A stretch of DNA of 64,000 bases from Planctomycetota bacterium (GTDB lineage Bacteria; Planctomycetota; UBA1135; UBA2386), in assembly GCA_947501605.1 (NCBI GenBank), contig CANMWZ010000001.1, positions 224,001-288,000 of the forward strand, written 5' to 3'. Below are positions 24,172 to 36,161 of this stretch, one piece after another (positions within the stretch are counted from its first letter, which is position 1; every line of letters begins with the position of its first letter). A program made the position numbers and the translations under genes. A model generated the notes under the pieces. The model had not been told where the DNA came from. It ran no database searches and saw only the letters and a program-made list of their open reading frames with translations.

Positions 24172-27100
24172 CTATCCCGGCATTACTTGCTCGGCTGTGC
24201 CGCGCTTGTGCAGTTCGATGTTGAGGCCGAGGCCCTTGATCTCGTTGCAGAGCACGCCGAACGATACCGGAGTGCCTGGCTCGAGGATGTTCTCGTTCTT
24301 GACCATCGCCTCGTAGATCTTGGTGCGGCCGTCGACGTCGTCAGACTTCACCGTCAGCAACTCCTGGAGGATGCTGGCGGCGCCATACGCTTCGAGCGCC
24401 CACACTTCCATTTCGCCGAAGCGCTGGCCACCGAAACGAGCCTTGCCGCCAAGCGGTTGCTGCGTGATCAACGAGTACGGCCCGGTCGCTCGCGCGTGGA
24501 CCTTGTCGTCGACCAAGTGGTGCAGCTTCAGCATATAGAGACAGCCAACAGTGACCCGTTGGGTGAAGGGCTCACCGGTGCGGCCGTCGTAGAGCACGCA
24601 CTTGCCGTCGGTGGCGAATCCCGCCTTGGTCAACGCGGCTTCGATTTCCGCCTCCGACGCGCCGTCGAACACCGGTGAAATCGCACGGAAGCCGAGCTTC
24701 TTGGCGGCCCAACCGAGATGCGTCTCAAGAATCTGGCCGACATTCATACGGCTCGGCACGCCGAGCGGATTCAACACGATGTCGACAGGCGTACCATCGG
24801 CGAGGAACGGCATGTCCTCAACTGGCAGGATCTTGCTGATCACACCCTTGTTGCCGTGGCGGCCGGCCATCTTGTCGCCAACCGAAATGCGGCGTTTCGT
24901 TGCAACATAGACCTTGACCATCTCAAGAACACCAGTTGGCAGTTCGTCGCCACGCGACAGCCTGTTGACCAACTTGTTCTTCTCGGTCTCCGACTCTTCG
25001 ATGCGATCCGCAGACTCCTGCACTAGAGCCAGCATGTCCGTGCGGACCTTTGCGTCCTTCTGCTCCTCAGCGACGGCTCGAACCCGATCGCGGATGGCAC
25101 GCAAGTCAAGGATCAGCAGGTCGTCGGTCACGGCGAGCTTCTTGCCCTCGGCCGACGTTACTGCCGCACCAAGCAACTCCTTGTTGGAGTCCAGCAACCG
25201 CTTCGTGTTGCTGCGGTAATGGCTCAGGAATTCAATTTCTGCCCGCTTGATCTCCTCAAGGTTACGAGTGCGCTCGTTCTCGGTGAGATTGACCTTTCGG
25301 CTGTACTTCTCGGCGTCGATGACGATGCCTTCAACACCGGTCGGAACCTCTAGAGAGGCGTTCTTTACGTCCTCGCCAGCACGACCGAAGATGGCGTGCA
25401 GCAGTTTCTCTTCCGGAGTGAGTTCGCTCTTGCTCTTTGGCGCGACCTTGCCGACGAGGATGTCGCCCGGCTTGACGCGCGTTCCCACGCGGACAATTCC
25501 GCTTTCGTCGAGATGGCGCAGAGCACGCTCACTGACATTCGGAATGTCGCGCGTGAACTCCTCGCGACCGAGCTTCGTCTCACGAATCTCAATGTCGAAC
25601 TCGTCGATATGGATCGACGTATAGACGTCGCCCTTGACGAGATTTTGACTCAGAAGGATGGCGTCTTCGTAGTTGTAGCCATCCCACGGCATGAAGGCGA
25701 CCGTGAGGTTCTTGCCAAGGGCAAGAACGCCGTTATCCGTGGCCGCGCCGTCCGCGAGCACATCACCAGCCTTAACCTTCTGTCCCGGCTTGACGAGCGG
25801 GACCTGGTTTTGGCACGTGCGTTCGTTGAGGCCTTCAAACTTGCGCAACTTGTAGACGTCATCGCCGATGACGATCTTGCTGCCGTCGACGGCGGTGATC
25901 GTTCCGCTCTTTCGAGCCTTGACGACCATGCTCGAGTTGCGGGCAACGACTTCCTCCATGCCGGTCTGCACCAGCGGAGCCTCGCTCTGCAGCAGCGGCA
26001 CGGCCTGCCTCTGCATGTTCGAACCCATCAAGGCACGATTGGCGTCGTCATGCTCCAAGAAGGGGATCAGCGACGCCGAGACGCCGACGATCTGCTTCGG
26101 GCTGACGTCCATGTACTGAACGTCCTTCGAGTCGACCAACATGGGGTCGCCCTTGACGCGGGCAATGATACGGCCCTGTTCGTCACCCACAAACTTGCCC
26201 GACTTGTCGACGTCGGTGTCCGCCGGCGCCAGGATCGCGTTGTTTTCCTCGTCGGCACGCAGACGAACAATCTGGTCCGTCAGCTTTCCGTTCTTGACGA
26301 CGATGTACGGGGCCGTGAGGAAGCCGTAGTCGTCAAGTGCGCTGTAGATCGACAGGCTGCTGATAAGACCGATGTTGGTGCCTTCGGGCGTCTCGATCGG
26401 GCACAGACGGCCGAAGTGCGAGATGTGCACGTCGCGGACTTCAAATCCTGCACGTTTCCGGTTCAAGCCACCTGGGCCGAGAGCCGACAGACGACGCTCG
26501 TGTGCAAGCTGCGACAGCGGGTTCGTTTGATCGACGACCTGGCTCAGCTCGCCACGCGCGAAGAAGTACTCGATCGCTGACGAGAACGTCTTGCTGTTGA
26601 TCAGGTTGCGCGGCGTGACAGTGTCGAGATTCTCAAGGTTCATGCGCTCTTGCGCGGTGCGCCGGAGCTTCAAGAATCCCTTGCGGAACTCGTCACCTGC
26701 AAGTTCATGAATCGTACGGACACGTCGGTTGCCAAGGTGATCGATATCGTCGATCTCGCCGCCGCCGCCGCGCAGATCGAGGATGTAGCGGACCGCCTGG
26801 ACGAAGTCATCCGCCCCTAGGGTCTGCTTCGTCTCGGGGATCTGCGTGCTGAACTTGCGGTTCAAACGGAACCGGCCGACGCGACCTAGGCGGTAGCGAG
26901 TCTCATCAAAGAACTTCTCATGGAAGAGCTCGCGGGCCTTCTCGATCTGCGGCGGGTTGCCTGGACGCAACCGGCTGTAGATCTTCATCAACGCTTCCTC
27001 GTGCGAGCTGGTGGTGTCCTCGCGCAAAGTATTGAGGATCAAGAAGTCCTGGGGATCGCGAAGGACCTCGATCTCGCGCAGCTCACTCTGGGCGATCGCG

Positions 27101-27882
27101 CGAGCAGCTTCTTCGGTGATCTCTTCGCCGCTCTTGACGAAAGGCTCGCCACTAGCCGCATCGATGATGTCACCAACGGCATAGGCCCCGCCCAACGACT
27201 TGGCGAACTTGGCTTCCGGATCCGTCTTCTTCCGCGTGACCTTCTCGACTTCGTAGAACTCCCGCAAGATAGCGGCGTCCGTCGAGTACTTCGCGTCCAT
27301 CGCGCGGAGCAAGGTGGTGCACGCAAACTTGCCGGACTGGTCGATGCGGACCGCGATCGCATCCTTCTTGGTTACGTTGATCTCAATCCAGCTACCTCGC
27401 TCTGGGATGATCCAGCAGCTGTGGAGCTTCTTCTCGCCCGTGTGTGTCTCGACGCTGAAATCGACACCCGGGGAACGATGCAACTGACTCACCGTCACGC
27501 GCTCGCTGCCGTTGATGATGAACTCACCACCACCGATCATGATCGGGATCTCGCCGAGGTAGATCTCCTCCTCCACGGACTCGCGCTTGACTAGGCGGAC
27601 ACGAATCTTGAACGGGTAGCCGAAGGTCAACCGCAGCTTCCGACATTCCTCGACCGTATAGCGAGGGCGGCCGAGCTCGTAGCTGATGTACTCAAGACAA
27701 AGTGACTTGTCGTAAGAGTAGATCGGGAAGACCTCACGCAGCAGCGCCTCCAGACCTTCGTTGCGCCGGCGTGTTGCCGACGTCTCGGGCTGAAGGAACT
27801 CGCGGTAGGACTTGGTCTGCATCTCGACGAGATCAGGGATCTCGGCGACGGACCTGAACCGCCCGTAGACTACGGTCTCCAT
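24172..27882 (-). CDS. rpoB: RNA polymerase beta subunit
   Basis: [51 protein letters not shown]. Confidence 0.99.
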   Translation of the reverse strand: METVVYGRFRSVAEIPDLVEMQTKSYREFLQPETSATRRRNEGLEALLREVFPIYSYDKSLCLEYISYELGRPRYTVEECRKLRLTFGYPFKIRVRLVKRESVEEEIYLGEIPIMIGGGEFIINGSERVTVSQLHRSPGVDFSVETHTGEKKLHSCWIIPERGSWIEINVTKKDAIAVRIDQSGKFACTTLLRAMDAKYSTDAAILREFYEVEKVTRKKTDPEAKFAKSLGGAYAVGDIIDAASGEPFVKSGEEITEEAARAIAQSELREIEVLRDPQDFLILNTLREDTTSSHEEALMKIYSRLRPGNPPQIEKARELFHEKFFDETRYRLGRVGRFRLNRKFSTQIPETKQTLGADDFVQAVRYILDLRGGGGEIDDIDHLGNRRVRTIHELAGDEFRKGFLKLRRTAQERMNLENLDTVTPRNLINSKTFSSAIEYFFARGELSQVVDQTNPLSQLAHERRLSALGPGGLNRKRAGFEVRDVHISHFGRLCPIETPEGTNIGLISSLSIYSALDDYGFLTAPYIVVKNGKLTDQIVRLRADEENNAILAPADTDVDKSGKFVGDEQGRIIARVKGDPMLVDSKDVQYMDVSPKQIVGVSASLIPFLEHDDANRALMGSNMQRQAVPLLQSEAPLVQTGMEEVVARNSSMVVKARKSGTITAVDGSKIVIGDDVYKLRKFEGLNERTCQNQVPLVKPGQKVKAGDVLADGAATDNGVLALGKNLTVAFMPWDGYNYEDAILLSQNLVKGDVYTSIHIDEFDIEIRETKLGREEFTRDIPNVSERALRHLDESGIVRVGTRVKPGDILVGKVAPKSKSELTPEEKLLHAIFGRAGEDVKNASLEVPTGVEGIVIDAEKYSRKVNLTENERTRNLEEIKRAEIEFLSHYRSNTKRLLDSNKELLGAAVTSAEGKKLAVTDDLLILDLRAIRDRVRAVAEEQKDAKVRTDMLALVQESADRIEESETEKNKLVNRLSRGDELPTGVLEMVKVYVATKRRISVGDKMAGRHGNKGVISKILPVEDMPFLADGTPVDIVLNPLGVPSRMNVGQILETHLGWAAKKLGFRAISPVFDGASEAEIEAALTKAGFATDGKCVLYDGRTGEPFTQRVTVGCLYMLKLHHLVDDKVHARATGPYSLITQQPLGGKARFGGQRFGEMEVWALEAYGAASILQELLTVKSDDVDGRTKIYEAMVKNENILEPGTPVSFGVLCNEIKGLGLNIELHKRGTAEQVMPG

Positions 27883-28026
27883 GTAGCTTCAACCTGTGGC
27901 CTCGAGGACGAGGCGTGCGGGCAAAACGGATCGGCGATGCCGGAACGATCGGTGTGGGCACTTAGCCTGGGAATCCGGCACTCCCAGCAAACCTTACGGT
28001 CACCTAGCCGGCGAGTCGGCCAACGT

Positions 28027-28068
28027 ACAAAGACCGAAGCCCCTCGTGCAACGCAAAAGCGCGAGGGG
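28027..28068 (-). terminator. Putative terminator/attenuator between rplL and rpoB
   Basis: Minus-strand hairpin CCCCTCGCGC...GCACGAGGGG followed by CTTCGGTCTTTGT. Confidence 0.4.
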
Positions 28069-28101
28069 ACCCGGTTTGACGCCGGCCACCGGCGATGGAC
28101 A

Positions 28102-28506
28102 TTACTTGAGCTCGACAGTCGCACCAGCGTCGGTGAGCTTCTTCTTGAGCTCTTCGGCCTCGGCCTTGGCGATGTTCTCCTTGACCGGCTTCGGAGCTTC
28201 GTCAACCAACGCCTTGGCTTCCTTCAGGCCCAGACCGGTGACTTCGCGGACCACCTTGATGACGTTGATCTTGTTGGGGCCGCCTTCCTTGAGGACAACC
28301 GTGAACTCGGTCTTCTCTTCGACCGGAGCAGCACCGCCACCGGCGCCTGGAGCGGCGGCAGCAGCCGCTGGAGCAGCTGCGGACACACCCCAGCGCTCCT
28401 CCATCGCCTTGACTAGCTGAGCGGCCTTGCCCAGGCTCAGAGCGTCGATCTTCTTGAAGATGTCCTCGAGTTCAGTGTCGAGAACGACTGTTTGGGTATC
28501 CGACAT
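28102..28506 (-). CDS. rplL: 50S ribosomal protein L7/L12
   Basis: [27 protein letters not shown]. Confidence 0.99.
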   Translation of the reverse strand: MSDTQTVVLDTELEDIFKKIDALSLGKAAQLVKAMEERWGVSAAAPAAAAAAPGAGGGAAPVEEKTEFTVVLKEGGPNKINVIKVVREVTGLGLKEAKALVDEAPKPVKENIAKAEAEELKKKLTDAGATVELK

Positions 28507-28579
28507 GATGGAACTTGGTTCAGTGACGAGCTGTTAGGTACGAAAAAATGTTCAGAGACGCGCGCGGCAGGCTGCCCGA

Positions 28580-29110
28580 TCAGGCAGCCCCACCACCCTT
28601 GTCAACTCGGGCCTGGATGCAACGGGCGACACCACCCGCGACAGCGTTGAGCAACGTTGCCACCGAACGCGCCGGGCCCGAGACGGCCTGCGCGATCATT
28701 GTTTGGACCGTAAAGCGATCGGGCAAATCCGCGATCGACTGCGCCGCGGCGCCAAGGTAGGGAGTTCCCTCGATCACGCCACCGACGATCTGAATCGGCG
28801 AGGCCTTGGACTTCTTGATGTAATCGCGCAGCACCTTGGCCGCGGTGATCGCCCCCTCTTTTTCAGCAATCGCGATGGCGCACTTGCCTGAGAGGATGGG
28901 ATCGAGGTTGAGCTTAAGGGCCGAAAAGGCCTTGCTGGCGAGGCGGTTGCGCACAACGCGGTAGCGCACACCGACTTCGCGCAACTTGCCGCGGATAGCG
29001 ATGTCCTGCTCCGGCTGCAGGTTGTCGAACGACACCACCAAGCACGATCCCATCTTCTGGAATTCGCGCTGCAGGTCGGCGAGCAGGATCTGGTTGACGA
29101 GGTTGGGCAT
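28580..29110 (-). CDS. rplJ: 50S ribosomal protein L10
   Basis: IRGKLRE...YRVVRNRLA...ADLPDR; between rplA and rplL. Confidence 0.93.
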   Translation of the reverse strand: MPNLVNQILLADLQREFQKMGSCLVVSFDNLQPEQDIAIRGKLREVGVRYRVVRNRLASKAFSALKLNLDPILSGKCAIAIAEKEGAITAAKVLRDYIKKSKASPIQIVGGVIEGTPYLGAAAQSIADLPDRFTVQTMIAQAVSGPARSVATLLNAVAGGVARCIQARVDKGGGAA

Positions 29111-29159
29111 GATCTCGGGTCCTGAAAACTAGGGGACCGTGGAAGAAGTGGCGCGAGGG

Positions 29160-29846
29160 TTACTCGACGGCCAGGGCCACACCCGGCCCCATCGTCGTAG
29201 ACACGACCACTTTGCGCAGGAACTCGCCCTTGGCTTGCGGCGGGCGAAGTGTGCGGAGGTGGTCCAGGAACGCGTTCAGGTTCGCAAGCAGGTCATCCGT
29301 TGCGAACGATCTCTTGCCAATGGCTGCGTGCACGTTGGCGCCGGCATCGGTGCGGAACTCAATCTTGCCCGCCTTGAACTCCTTGACGGCGGCCGCGACA
29401 TTCGGCGTCACCGTGCCAGCCTTGGGTGAGGGCATCTTCCCTTGAGGGCCGAGCACCTTACCGAGCTTGCCGACATACTTCATCATGTCGGGAGACGCGA
29501 TGGTCATGTCGAAGTCCGTGAATCCCTTCTCAATCTTGTCCGCCAGATCGGCACCGCCAACGAAGTCGGCACCTGCAGCCAGTGCCTCCTGGGCTCGGTT
29601 GCCTTCGGCAAACACGGCGATGCGGATCGACTTGCCAGTGCCCTTGGGCAAACTGACTGAGCCGCGCACGAGCTGATCCGTCTTCTTTGCATCGATTCCG
29701 ATGCTGACGGCGACGTCGACGGCCTCGTCGAACTTGGGCCCCTGCAGCGACTTGATCAAAGCGATGCCCTCAAGAGGCGCATAACGCTTGGATTGATCGA
29801 CCTGCTCGGCGGCTTTCTGGTAACGGCGACTGCGCTTCTTTGGCAT
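29160..29846 (-). CDS. rplA: 50S ribosomal protein L1
   Basis: KFDEAVDV; LGKVLGPQGKMPSPKAGTVT; STTMGPG. Confidence 0.99.
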   Translation of the reverse strand: MPKKRSRRYQKAAEQVDQSKRYAPLEGIALIKSLQGPKFDEAVDVAVSIGIDAKKTDQLVRGSVSLPKGTGKSIRIAVFAEGNRAQEALAAGADFVGGADLADKIEKGFTDFDMTIASPDMMKYVGKLGKVLGPQGKMPSPKAGTVTPNVAAAVKEFKAGKIEFRTDAGANVHAAIGKRSFATDDLLANLNAFLDHLRTLRPPQAKGEFLRKVVVSTTMGPGVALAVE

Positions 29847-29859
29847 GGCAGCTCCCTGT

Positions 29860-30285
29860 TCAGTCCTTGACCTGGATGCCGCACGAACGCGCGGTGCCCT
29901 CGACCATCCGCATCGCGGCTTCGATCGAGTTGCTATTGAGATCCTTGACCTTGATCTGCGCGATCTCGCGGACCTGAGCGCGAGTCACTGAGCCAGCAAC
30001 TTCACTACCCGGCGTCTTAGCCGCGCTAGCAAGCTTGGCCGCCTTCTTGAGCAACACAGCCGCCGGCGGCGACTTGTACTGCAAGGTGAAGGTGCGGTCC
30101 TTGTAGACCGTGATAATGACCGGGATGATCGTCCCGGTGTCCTTGCGGGTCTCGTCGTTGAACTGCTTGACGAACTGACCGATGTTGACGCCGTGCTGAC
30201 CGAGCGCGGGGCCCACGGGCGGCGCAGGCGTAGCCTGCCCGGCTGGGCACTGGAGCTTGACTACGGCAGTGACTTCTTTCGCCAT
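29860..30285 (-). CDS. rplK: 50S ribosomal protein L11
   Basis: [26 protein letters not shown]. Confidence 0.99.
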   Translation of the reverse strand: MAKEVTAVVKLQCPAGQATPAPPVGPALGQHGVNIGQFVKQFNDETRKDTGTIIPVIITVYKDRTFTLQYKSPPAAVLLKKAAKLASAAKTPGSEVAGSVTRAQVREIAQIKVKDLNSNSIEAAMRMVEGTARSCGIQVKD

Positions 30286-30294
30286 GATGCCTCA

Positions 30295-30342
30295 GCGGTT
30301 CGAGCGGATGCCGTGCGGACTAGCCGCCGGTCACCCTCCCAC
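30295..30342 (-). promoter_or_regulatory. Putative L1-binding autoregulatory leader of rplK-rplA
   Basis: mRNA GUGGGAG-GGUG...CAUCC-GCUCGA-ACCGC just before the rplK start; matches the GGGAG/ACC(A/G)C architecture of L1 leaders. Confidence 0.55.
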
Positions 30343-30438
30343 TAGAAGGAAACCCCAGGAAGATCGGTCCCCGGGGAAAGGGGCGGAGGATTCAAGCAGA
30401 AAGAGCGGACGGATTCAAGGCCGTGCCGCAGCCATCTT

Positions 30439-30969
30439 TCAAATCGACTCCACTTCCCAGTAGCCGAGCGACATCGGGGTCGCGCGGCCGAAGATGTTGA
30501 CGGAGACTTCGAGGGTGCCCTTTTCTGGGTGTATGTCTTCGACGGTCGCGTCCATGTTCTCGAAGGCGCCCGTCTTGATCTTGACCCGATCCCCCTTCTT
30601 GAAGGACACGGCGACCTTGGGCTGATCCTTGCTCGCATCCATGTGCGCCAGCACCTTCTCTACATCCTCGGCCCGAGCGGGCGTCGGGTGCGTTTGGGCG
30701 CCAACGAAGTCGCCAAATCCTGGCGTCTCGCGAAGGATGAACCACACCGCGTCGTTCAGGTCCATCTGGACCATCAAGTAGCCGGGGTAGAGCTTGCGAC
30801 GCTGAATGCGCTTCTTGCCCTGTCGGTGGTCGGCGATCGTCTCGGTTGGTACAACGATCTGTGGCACCTTCTCTTCGATGCCCTCTTGCTTGAGTCGTTT
30901 GACCATGCTCTCGCGAATGCGGTCTTCTCGACCCACTTGCACGCGGAGAAAGTACCAGTCGAGCGCCAT
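30439..30969 (-). CDS. nusG: Transcription termination/antitermination factor NusG
   Basis: MALDWYFLRVQVGRE; LYPGYLMVQM; IFGRATP. Confidence 0.98.
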   Translation of the reverse strand: MALDWYFLRVQVGREDRIRESMVKRLKQEGIEEKVPQIVVPTETIADHRQGKKRIQRRKLYPGYLMVQMDLNDAVWFILRETPGFGDFVGAQTHPTPARAEDVEKVLAHMDASKDQPKVAVSFKKGDRVKIKTGAFENMDATVEDIHPEKGTLEVSVNIFGRATPMSLGYWEVESI

Positions 30970-31403
30970 CAGCTTCGGCCTCCCCACAACCGCCCGATCA
31001 CTTCGATCAGGACCACGTCGACGACGGTAAGGAAGAAGAAGAGAACGAGAACCATCCCGACGACAGCCATGGCACCGGACCAGGTCTCGGGCCAAGTCGG
31101 CCAAGTGACCTTGTGCATTTCCTCTTCGGTGTCGATCAGCGCATCGGCCACGCGCGGCCGATTGAGAATGCGATGGATCACGAACGCAGACACCGACCCG
31201 ACCGCCAGAGCAATCAGGGTAGATGTCTTCAGGGTGCCGAGTAGCGGGAACGTGTCGACGTAGGTCGTGTTGGCCTCGCCGAGCCATCCGTCCAACTGCG
31301 TAACCAGCCCACCGCCATGGAAGCAGCCATAGGCGACGAGCAGGACGAGCCCGACGAACGCCACGAGGCGGGCATAGCGCCCATGGTCCTTACGGTAGCT
31401 CAC
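30969..31403 (-). CDS. secE: Preprotein translocase subunit SecE (three-TM form)
   Basis: GTG start; LIDTEEEMHKVTWPT followed by a TM helix; between tRNA-Trp and nusG. Confidence 0.93.
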   Translation of the reverse strand: MSYRKDHGRYARLVAFVGLVLLVAYGCFHGGGLVTQLDGWLGEANTTYVDTFPLLGTLKTSTLIALAVGSVSAFVIHRILNRPRVADALIDTEEEMHKVTWPTWPETWSGAMAVVGMVLVLFFFLTVVDVVLIEVIGRLWGGRS

Positions 31404-31480
31404 GGTTGGATGTCTCTCTTCTTTCAATCCGCGCCAAGCACGGGTGGATCGCTGCGCTGCAGCGGATCGTGAACGGAAGG

Positions 31481-31556
31481 TGGCAGGGCAGGTAGGACTC
31501 GAACCCACAACCGGTCGGTTTGGAACCGACTGCACTACCAATTGTGCTACTGCCCT
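31481..31556 (-). tRNA. tRNA-Trp(CCA)
   Basis: AGGGCAG...GTCGG-TT CCA AA-CCGAC...GTTCGAG...CTGCCCTGCCA. Confidence 0.97.
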
Positions 31557-31636
31557 ATGCCGATCGGCGATGCCGATCGTGCCTGGTGATTACCAGGCGC
31601 GCTCGCGGCAGCAGAACTGCCGCGACGCTGCTGCGG

Positions 31637-32839
<1,203 letters not shown>

Positions 32840-32894
32840 GGTCTCTAACTTGAACGAGGCCCGTAGGCCTCTCTTTGCACTGGGTTTGAAGAGG

Positions 32895-32970
32895 TGGAGC
32901 TGCTAGCGGGACTTGAACCCACGACCTCCTCCTTACCAAGGAGGTGCTCTACCAGCTGAGCTATAGCAGC
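32895..32970 (-). tRNA. tRNA-Thr(GGT)
   Basis: Anticodon arm CCTCC-TT GGT AA-GGAGG; GTTCAAG; CCA end. Confidence 0.97.
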
Positions 32971-32998
32971 GAACACGGTTTGGAGCAAAAGAGCATAC

Positions 32999-33072
<74 letters not shown>

Positions 33073-33143
33073 ACCATCGCGCGGATTCACCGCACGTTGG
33101 AGCGTCGCGCGAACCTGCCGGCACCCTGAGGAGCCGGCTTTAC

Positions 33144-33228
33144 TGGTGGGCGGAGCAGGATTCGAACCTGCGAAGGCTAAGCCACCAGATTTACAGTCTG
33201 GCCCGTTTGGCCGCTTCGGTATCCGCCC
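33144..33228 (-). tRNA. tRNA-Tyr(GTA)
   Basis: CCAGA-CT GTA AA-TCTGG, long variable arm, CCA end. Confidence 0.97.
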
Positions 33229-33329
33229 CACTTTGGGCCCGTGCGATCCGTTCCCCAACGGCAGGAGGCCAACGAGTTCTACGGCGATGCCGAACGTCCC
33301 GAGGGACCTTCGCCACCTACCCGAAAGAC

Positions 33330-33404
33330 TGGAGCTAGCGATGGGACTTGAACCCACAACCTCCAGATTACAAATCAGGTGCTCTGCCGTTGAGCTACGC
33401 TAGC
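33330..33404 (-). tRNA. tRNA-Thr(TGT)
   Basis: CCTGA-TT TGT AA-TCTGG; GTTCAAG; CCA end. Confidence 0.96.
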
Positions 33405-33432
33405 CAGCGAGCTGTCAGAGTAAGGCCGAAGA

Positions 33433-33460
33433 AGGATACCGACGGCCGTGGGCAGTGCAA
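33433..33460 (-). promoter_or_regulatory. Putative sigma70 promoter of the tRNA-tuf operon
   Basis: Minus strand TTGCAC-N16-TATCCT, about 30 nt upstream of tRNA-Thr(TGT). Confidence 0.6.
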
Positions 33461-33526
33461 GTGACGTCCGCATTTTTGCGTTTTCCCGCCCGTAGCTCAG
33501 GAGATCGGCGCCCCCCCCGAGCTGCC

Positions 33527-34003
33527 TCAGGCACTGGTCGAGGCGCCCAGTTCCCCGCCCTGCTCGCGCCCGTCGACGGCCACGACTGCTACCGGGGAGT
33601 CGCCCACCGCGGGCGTTGCCGGTTGCGGCACAGCCACGCGGAACTCCGCCACCATCGCGCGCAGCAGCACCACGAATGCCATGATGTCGAATGGCTTGCG
33701 CAGAATCGTCCGCACGCAGTCGACTCGAGCGAGCGCCTGCTGGATCGCGCCATCGATGTAGCCTGAAACCACGACAACGGCCGGCGCATCGCCCCGAACC
33801 GCGAGCCAATCGATCAGCTGCTGACCGCTCAGCTGCGGCATGTCGAGGTCGCAGACCAACAGGTCGACCCCACCAGCGCGGAGTTCGGCACGCGCCGCCT
33901 CACCGTCCGCAACTGCGTTCACCTCGAACCCACTGCGGCGCGCGAGTTCGGTCAAGAGAGCGCGCACGCCGGGGTCGTTGTCGGCGATCAGGGCTGTAGG
34001 CAT
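33527..34003 (-). CDS. Single-domain response regulator (receiver) with Ala/Pro-rich tail
   Basis: LIADND...DLLVCDLDMPQLSG...VVVSG...LRKPF. Confidence 0.9.
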   Translation of the reverse strand: MPTALIADNDPGVRALLTELARRSGFEVNAVADGEAARAELRAGGVDLLVCDLDMPQLSGQQLIDWLAVRGDAPAVVVVSGYIDGAIQQALARVDCVRTILRKPFDIMAFVVLLRAMVAEFRVAVPQPATPAVGDSPVAVVAVDGREQGGELGASTSA

Positions 34004-34032
34004 CGCCGAGGGAGTCTACCGCACGACACTGC

Positions 34033-36081
34033 TCAGCCCAGCGGCTGGAGCCAGGAGACATCCTCGAACGGCACGTCGACCTTCATGTTGCCATAGTCCA
34101 CGGTCACCAACTCGCGAACCTTGTCGATCTTGTGCACCTGGCAGGTGCGGCTCCAGCGTGGCAGGAAGATCGAGTCGCCCTTCTTCAACTGGTTGCAGAA
34201 TCGCATTCGGCGCCGATGCATCGCCGTGGCCTTTTGCAGCGAGTCGACGACCTTCTGCAGCGCCCGCGCGCTCTCCCCGTGCGCCCCAGGGGCACTCAGT
34301 AGCGGCACCAAGCCATCGCGAAGGGCCTGCTGTGCCCGTTGCAACTCGCCCGCGACCACGGCATCCGCCTCTTCATGCAGCCATTCGTGCTTGCGCTGGA
34401 CGGCAGTCAGTTCCTCTTCGAGTTTGCCCTGACGTTGCTGCAGATGCTGCGAACGGGTCGCTTGCTGCAACCTGTCGGCTTCCGCATCACGCCGCACATC
34501 CTGCACGCGCTGAATGACTTCCTGGAGGGACGTGTCACGGACTCCCAGGAGCTCGCGGGCACGAAGCACAACTGCGGCGGGCATGCCCACACGCCCTGCG
34601 ATGTCGAGTGCATGACTCGCACCAGGGATGCCAACATCGAGTCGATACAGCGGCTGCAGCGACTCGCCATCGAACGCCATCGAGCCGTTCTCCGCGCCTT
34701 TGTGTTGGTAGGCGAAGTCCTTGAGTCGACCGAGATGCGTGGTGACGACGGCATACGCGCCCTTCACCAGGATCTGCTCGAGGACCGCGTAGCCGAGCAC
34801 GCCACCTTCTTCAGGGTCGGTCCCGGCACCCAACTCGTCGAGCAGGACCAGCGTGCGCGGCGACGCGAACCCGAGGCACTTGCCGAGACGGCGCACGTGG
34901 GAACTGAATGTGGACAGGTTCTGCGAGATGCCTTGTTCGTCACCGATGTCGGCCTGGACGGCTTCGAGCCACGGAAACTGACACCCGTCAGCCGCTGGTA
35001 CCGGCAAGCCTGCGAGAGCCATGAGCGCCAGTAAGCCGACGGTCTTGAGGACCACGGTCTTGCCGCCCGTGTTCGGACCTGTCACCACAAGCACATGGTT
35101 GGGGTCACCGAGCCCAAGATCGAGCGGGACGATCGAGAGCTTGCTTCGCAACATCAGCGGATGGCGGGCCCGGTGCAAGCGCAACGGCCCTTCCGCCACG
35201 AGCGACGGGACAGAGAAGGCATCGATCGCACACAGCCGAGCGGCTGCTTGCAACAGGTCGGCAGCCGCAACGAACTCGATGGCGGCGATGACCTCGCCTG
35301 CCACTTTCTTGAGGCCCCGCGCGAGCCCGGCCAAGACGACGTTGATCTCGCGGTGCTCGGCCGCCGTGGCGTCGGATAGGCGGTTGGCGGCCTCCACCAC
35401 TCGGCTTGGTTCGATGAACAACGTGGCACCAGAGGCACTGCGGTCGTGCAGCACCCCGGGCACGCGTCCGCGATGCTCCTGCTTGACCTGCAGAACTGGA
35501 CGACCGTTTCGCCACGAAGGATCGGGCACTTGCAAGTAACGCCGCAGGTCGCCATCGGCGAGAACACGCTGGACCGTCGACTCGACGCCGGCGCGCGCTA
35601 TCTCGATCTCGCGACGGAGCTCAGCCAGCTTGGACGACGCCGAATCCAGGATCTCGCCGCGATCGTCGATGGCCAGCTCCAACTGATTCACGAGATCCCC
35701 GACATCCGGGGCAGAGACCGCGACCGTGGGCAGCGGCTCTGGAGATGCCTGCAGCCAACGGCGGCAACGATCGGCGGCGCGAAGGCCGCGCTTGAGGTCG
35801 GCGACGTCCCTGGCTTGAAGGGAGTGCTCGCCCGCTACGAATCCACTCAACCACGAGCGCACCTCGACGGCACCCCCGAGTGGAAGAGACTGACCAGCGC
35901 GCAACCGGTCCGCCATAACTGCGACCGCACGCAGTCGCAGTTGCGCCGACGCGAGATCTGGCAACGGCACCAACGCAGCCACCGCCGTCCGCCCGAGCGG
36001 CGATTCGAGCCGGTCGAGCAGCAGCGTGCGCACCGCGTGGAACTCGAGCGTCTCGAGGTCGAAGGCTTCATCTCTCGGCAT
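34033..36081 (-). CDS. mutS2: MutS2-family ATPase lacking the C-terminal Smr domain
   Basis: TLEFHAV; ILDSASSKL; HDRSASGATLFIEP; TGPNTGGKT; DIGDEQGISQNLSTFSSH; LLDELGAGTDP; ends after a KOW-like segment. Confidence 0.92.
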   Translation of the reverse strand: MPRDEAFDLETLEFHAVRTLLLDRLESPLGRTAVAALVPLPDLASAQLRLRAVAVMADRLRAGQSLPLGGAVEVRSWLSGFVAGEHSLQARDVADLKRGLRAADRCRRWLQASPEPLPTVAVSAPDVGDLVNQLELAIDDRGEILDSASSKLAELRREIEIARAGVESTVQRVLADGDLRRYLQVPDPSWRNGRPVLQVKQEHRGRVPGVLHDRSASGATLFIEPSRVVEAANRLSDATAAEHREINVVLAGLARGLKKVAGEVIAAIEFVAAADLLQAAARLCAIDAFSVPSLVAEGPLRLHRARHPLMLRSKLSIVPLDLGLGDPNHVLVVTGPNTGGKTVVLKTVGLLALMALAGLPVPAADGCQFPWLEAVQADIGDEQGISQNLSTFSSHVRRLGKCLGFASPRTLVLLDELGAGTDPEEGGVLGYAVLEQILVKGAYAVVTTHLGRLKDFAYQHKGAENGSMAFDGESLQPLYRLDVGIPGASHALDIAGRVGMPAAVVLRARELLGVRDTSLQEVIQRVQDVRRDAEADRLQQATRSQHLQQRQGKLEEELTAVQRKHEWLHEEADAVVAGELQRAQQALRDGLVPLLSAPGAHGESARALQKVVDSLQKATAMHRRRMRFCNQLKKGDSIFLPRWSRTCQVHKIDKVRELVTVDYGNMKVDVPFEDVSWLQPLG

Positions 36082-36161
36082 GAGGTGCGACCATGTTGCC
36101 GCCGAGGCCGCGCATGTAAACTCCGCGCCCTCACCGAAGTGCCTCCACCGCCCCATCCGAC

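Noticed and set aside
29111..29159. L10 leader upstream of rplJ
   Set aside because: The spacer is only 49 nt and shows no recognisable L10-leader motifs
33229..33329. Possible additional structured RNA between tRNA-Thr(TGT) and tRNA-Tyr
   Set aside because: No cloverleaf, T-loop or known ncRNA motif; treated as a spacer
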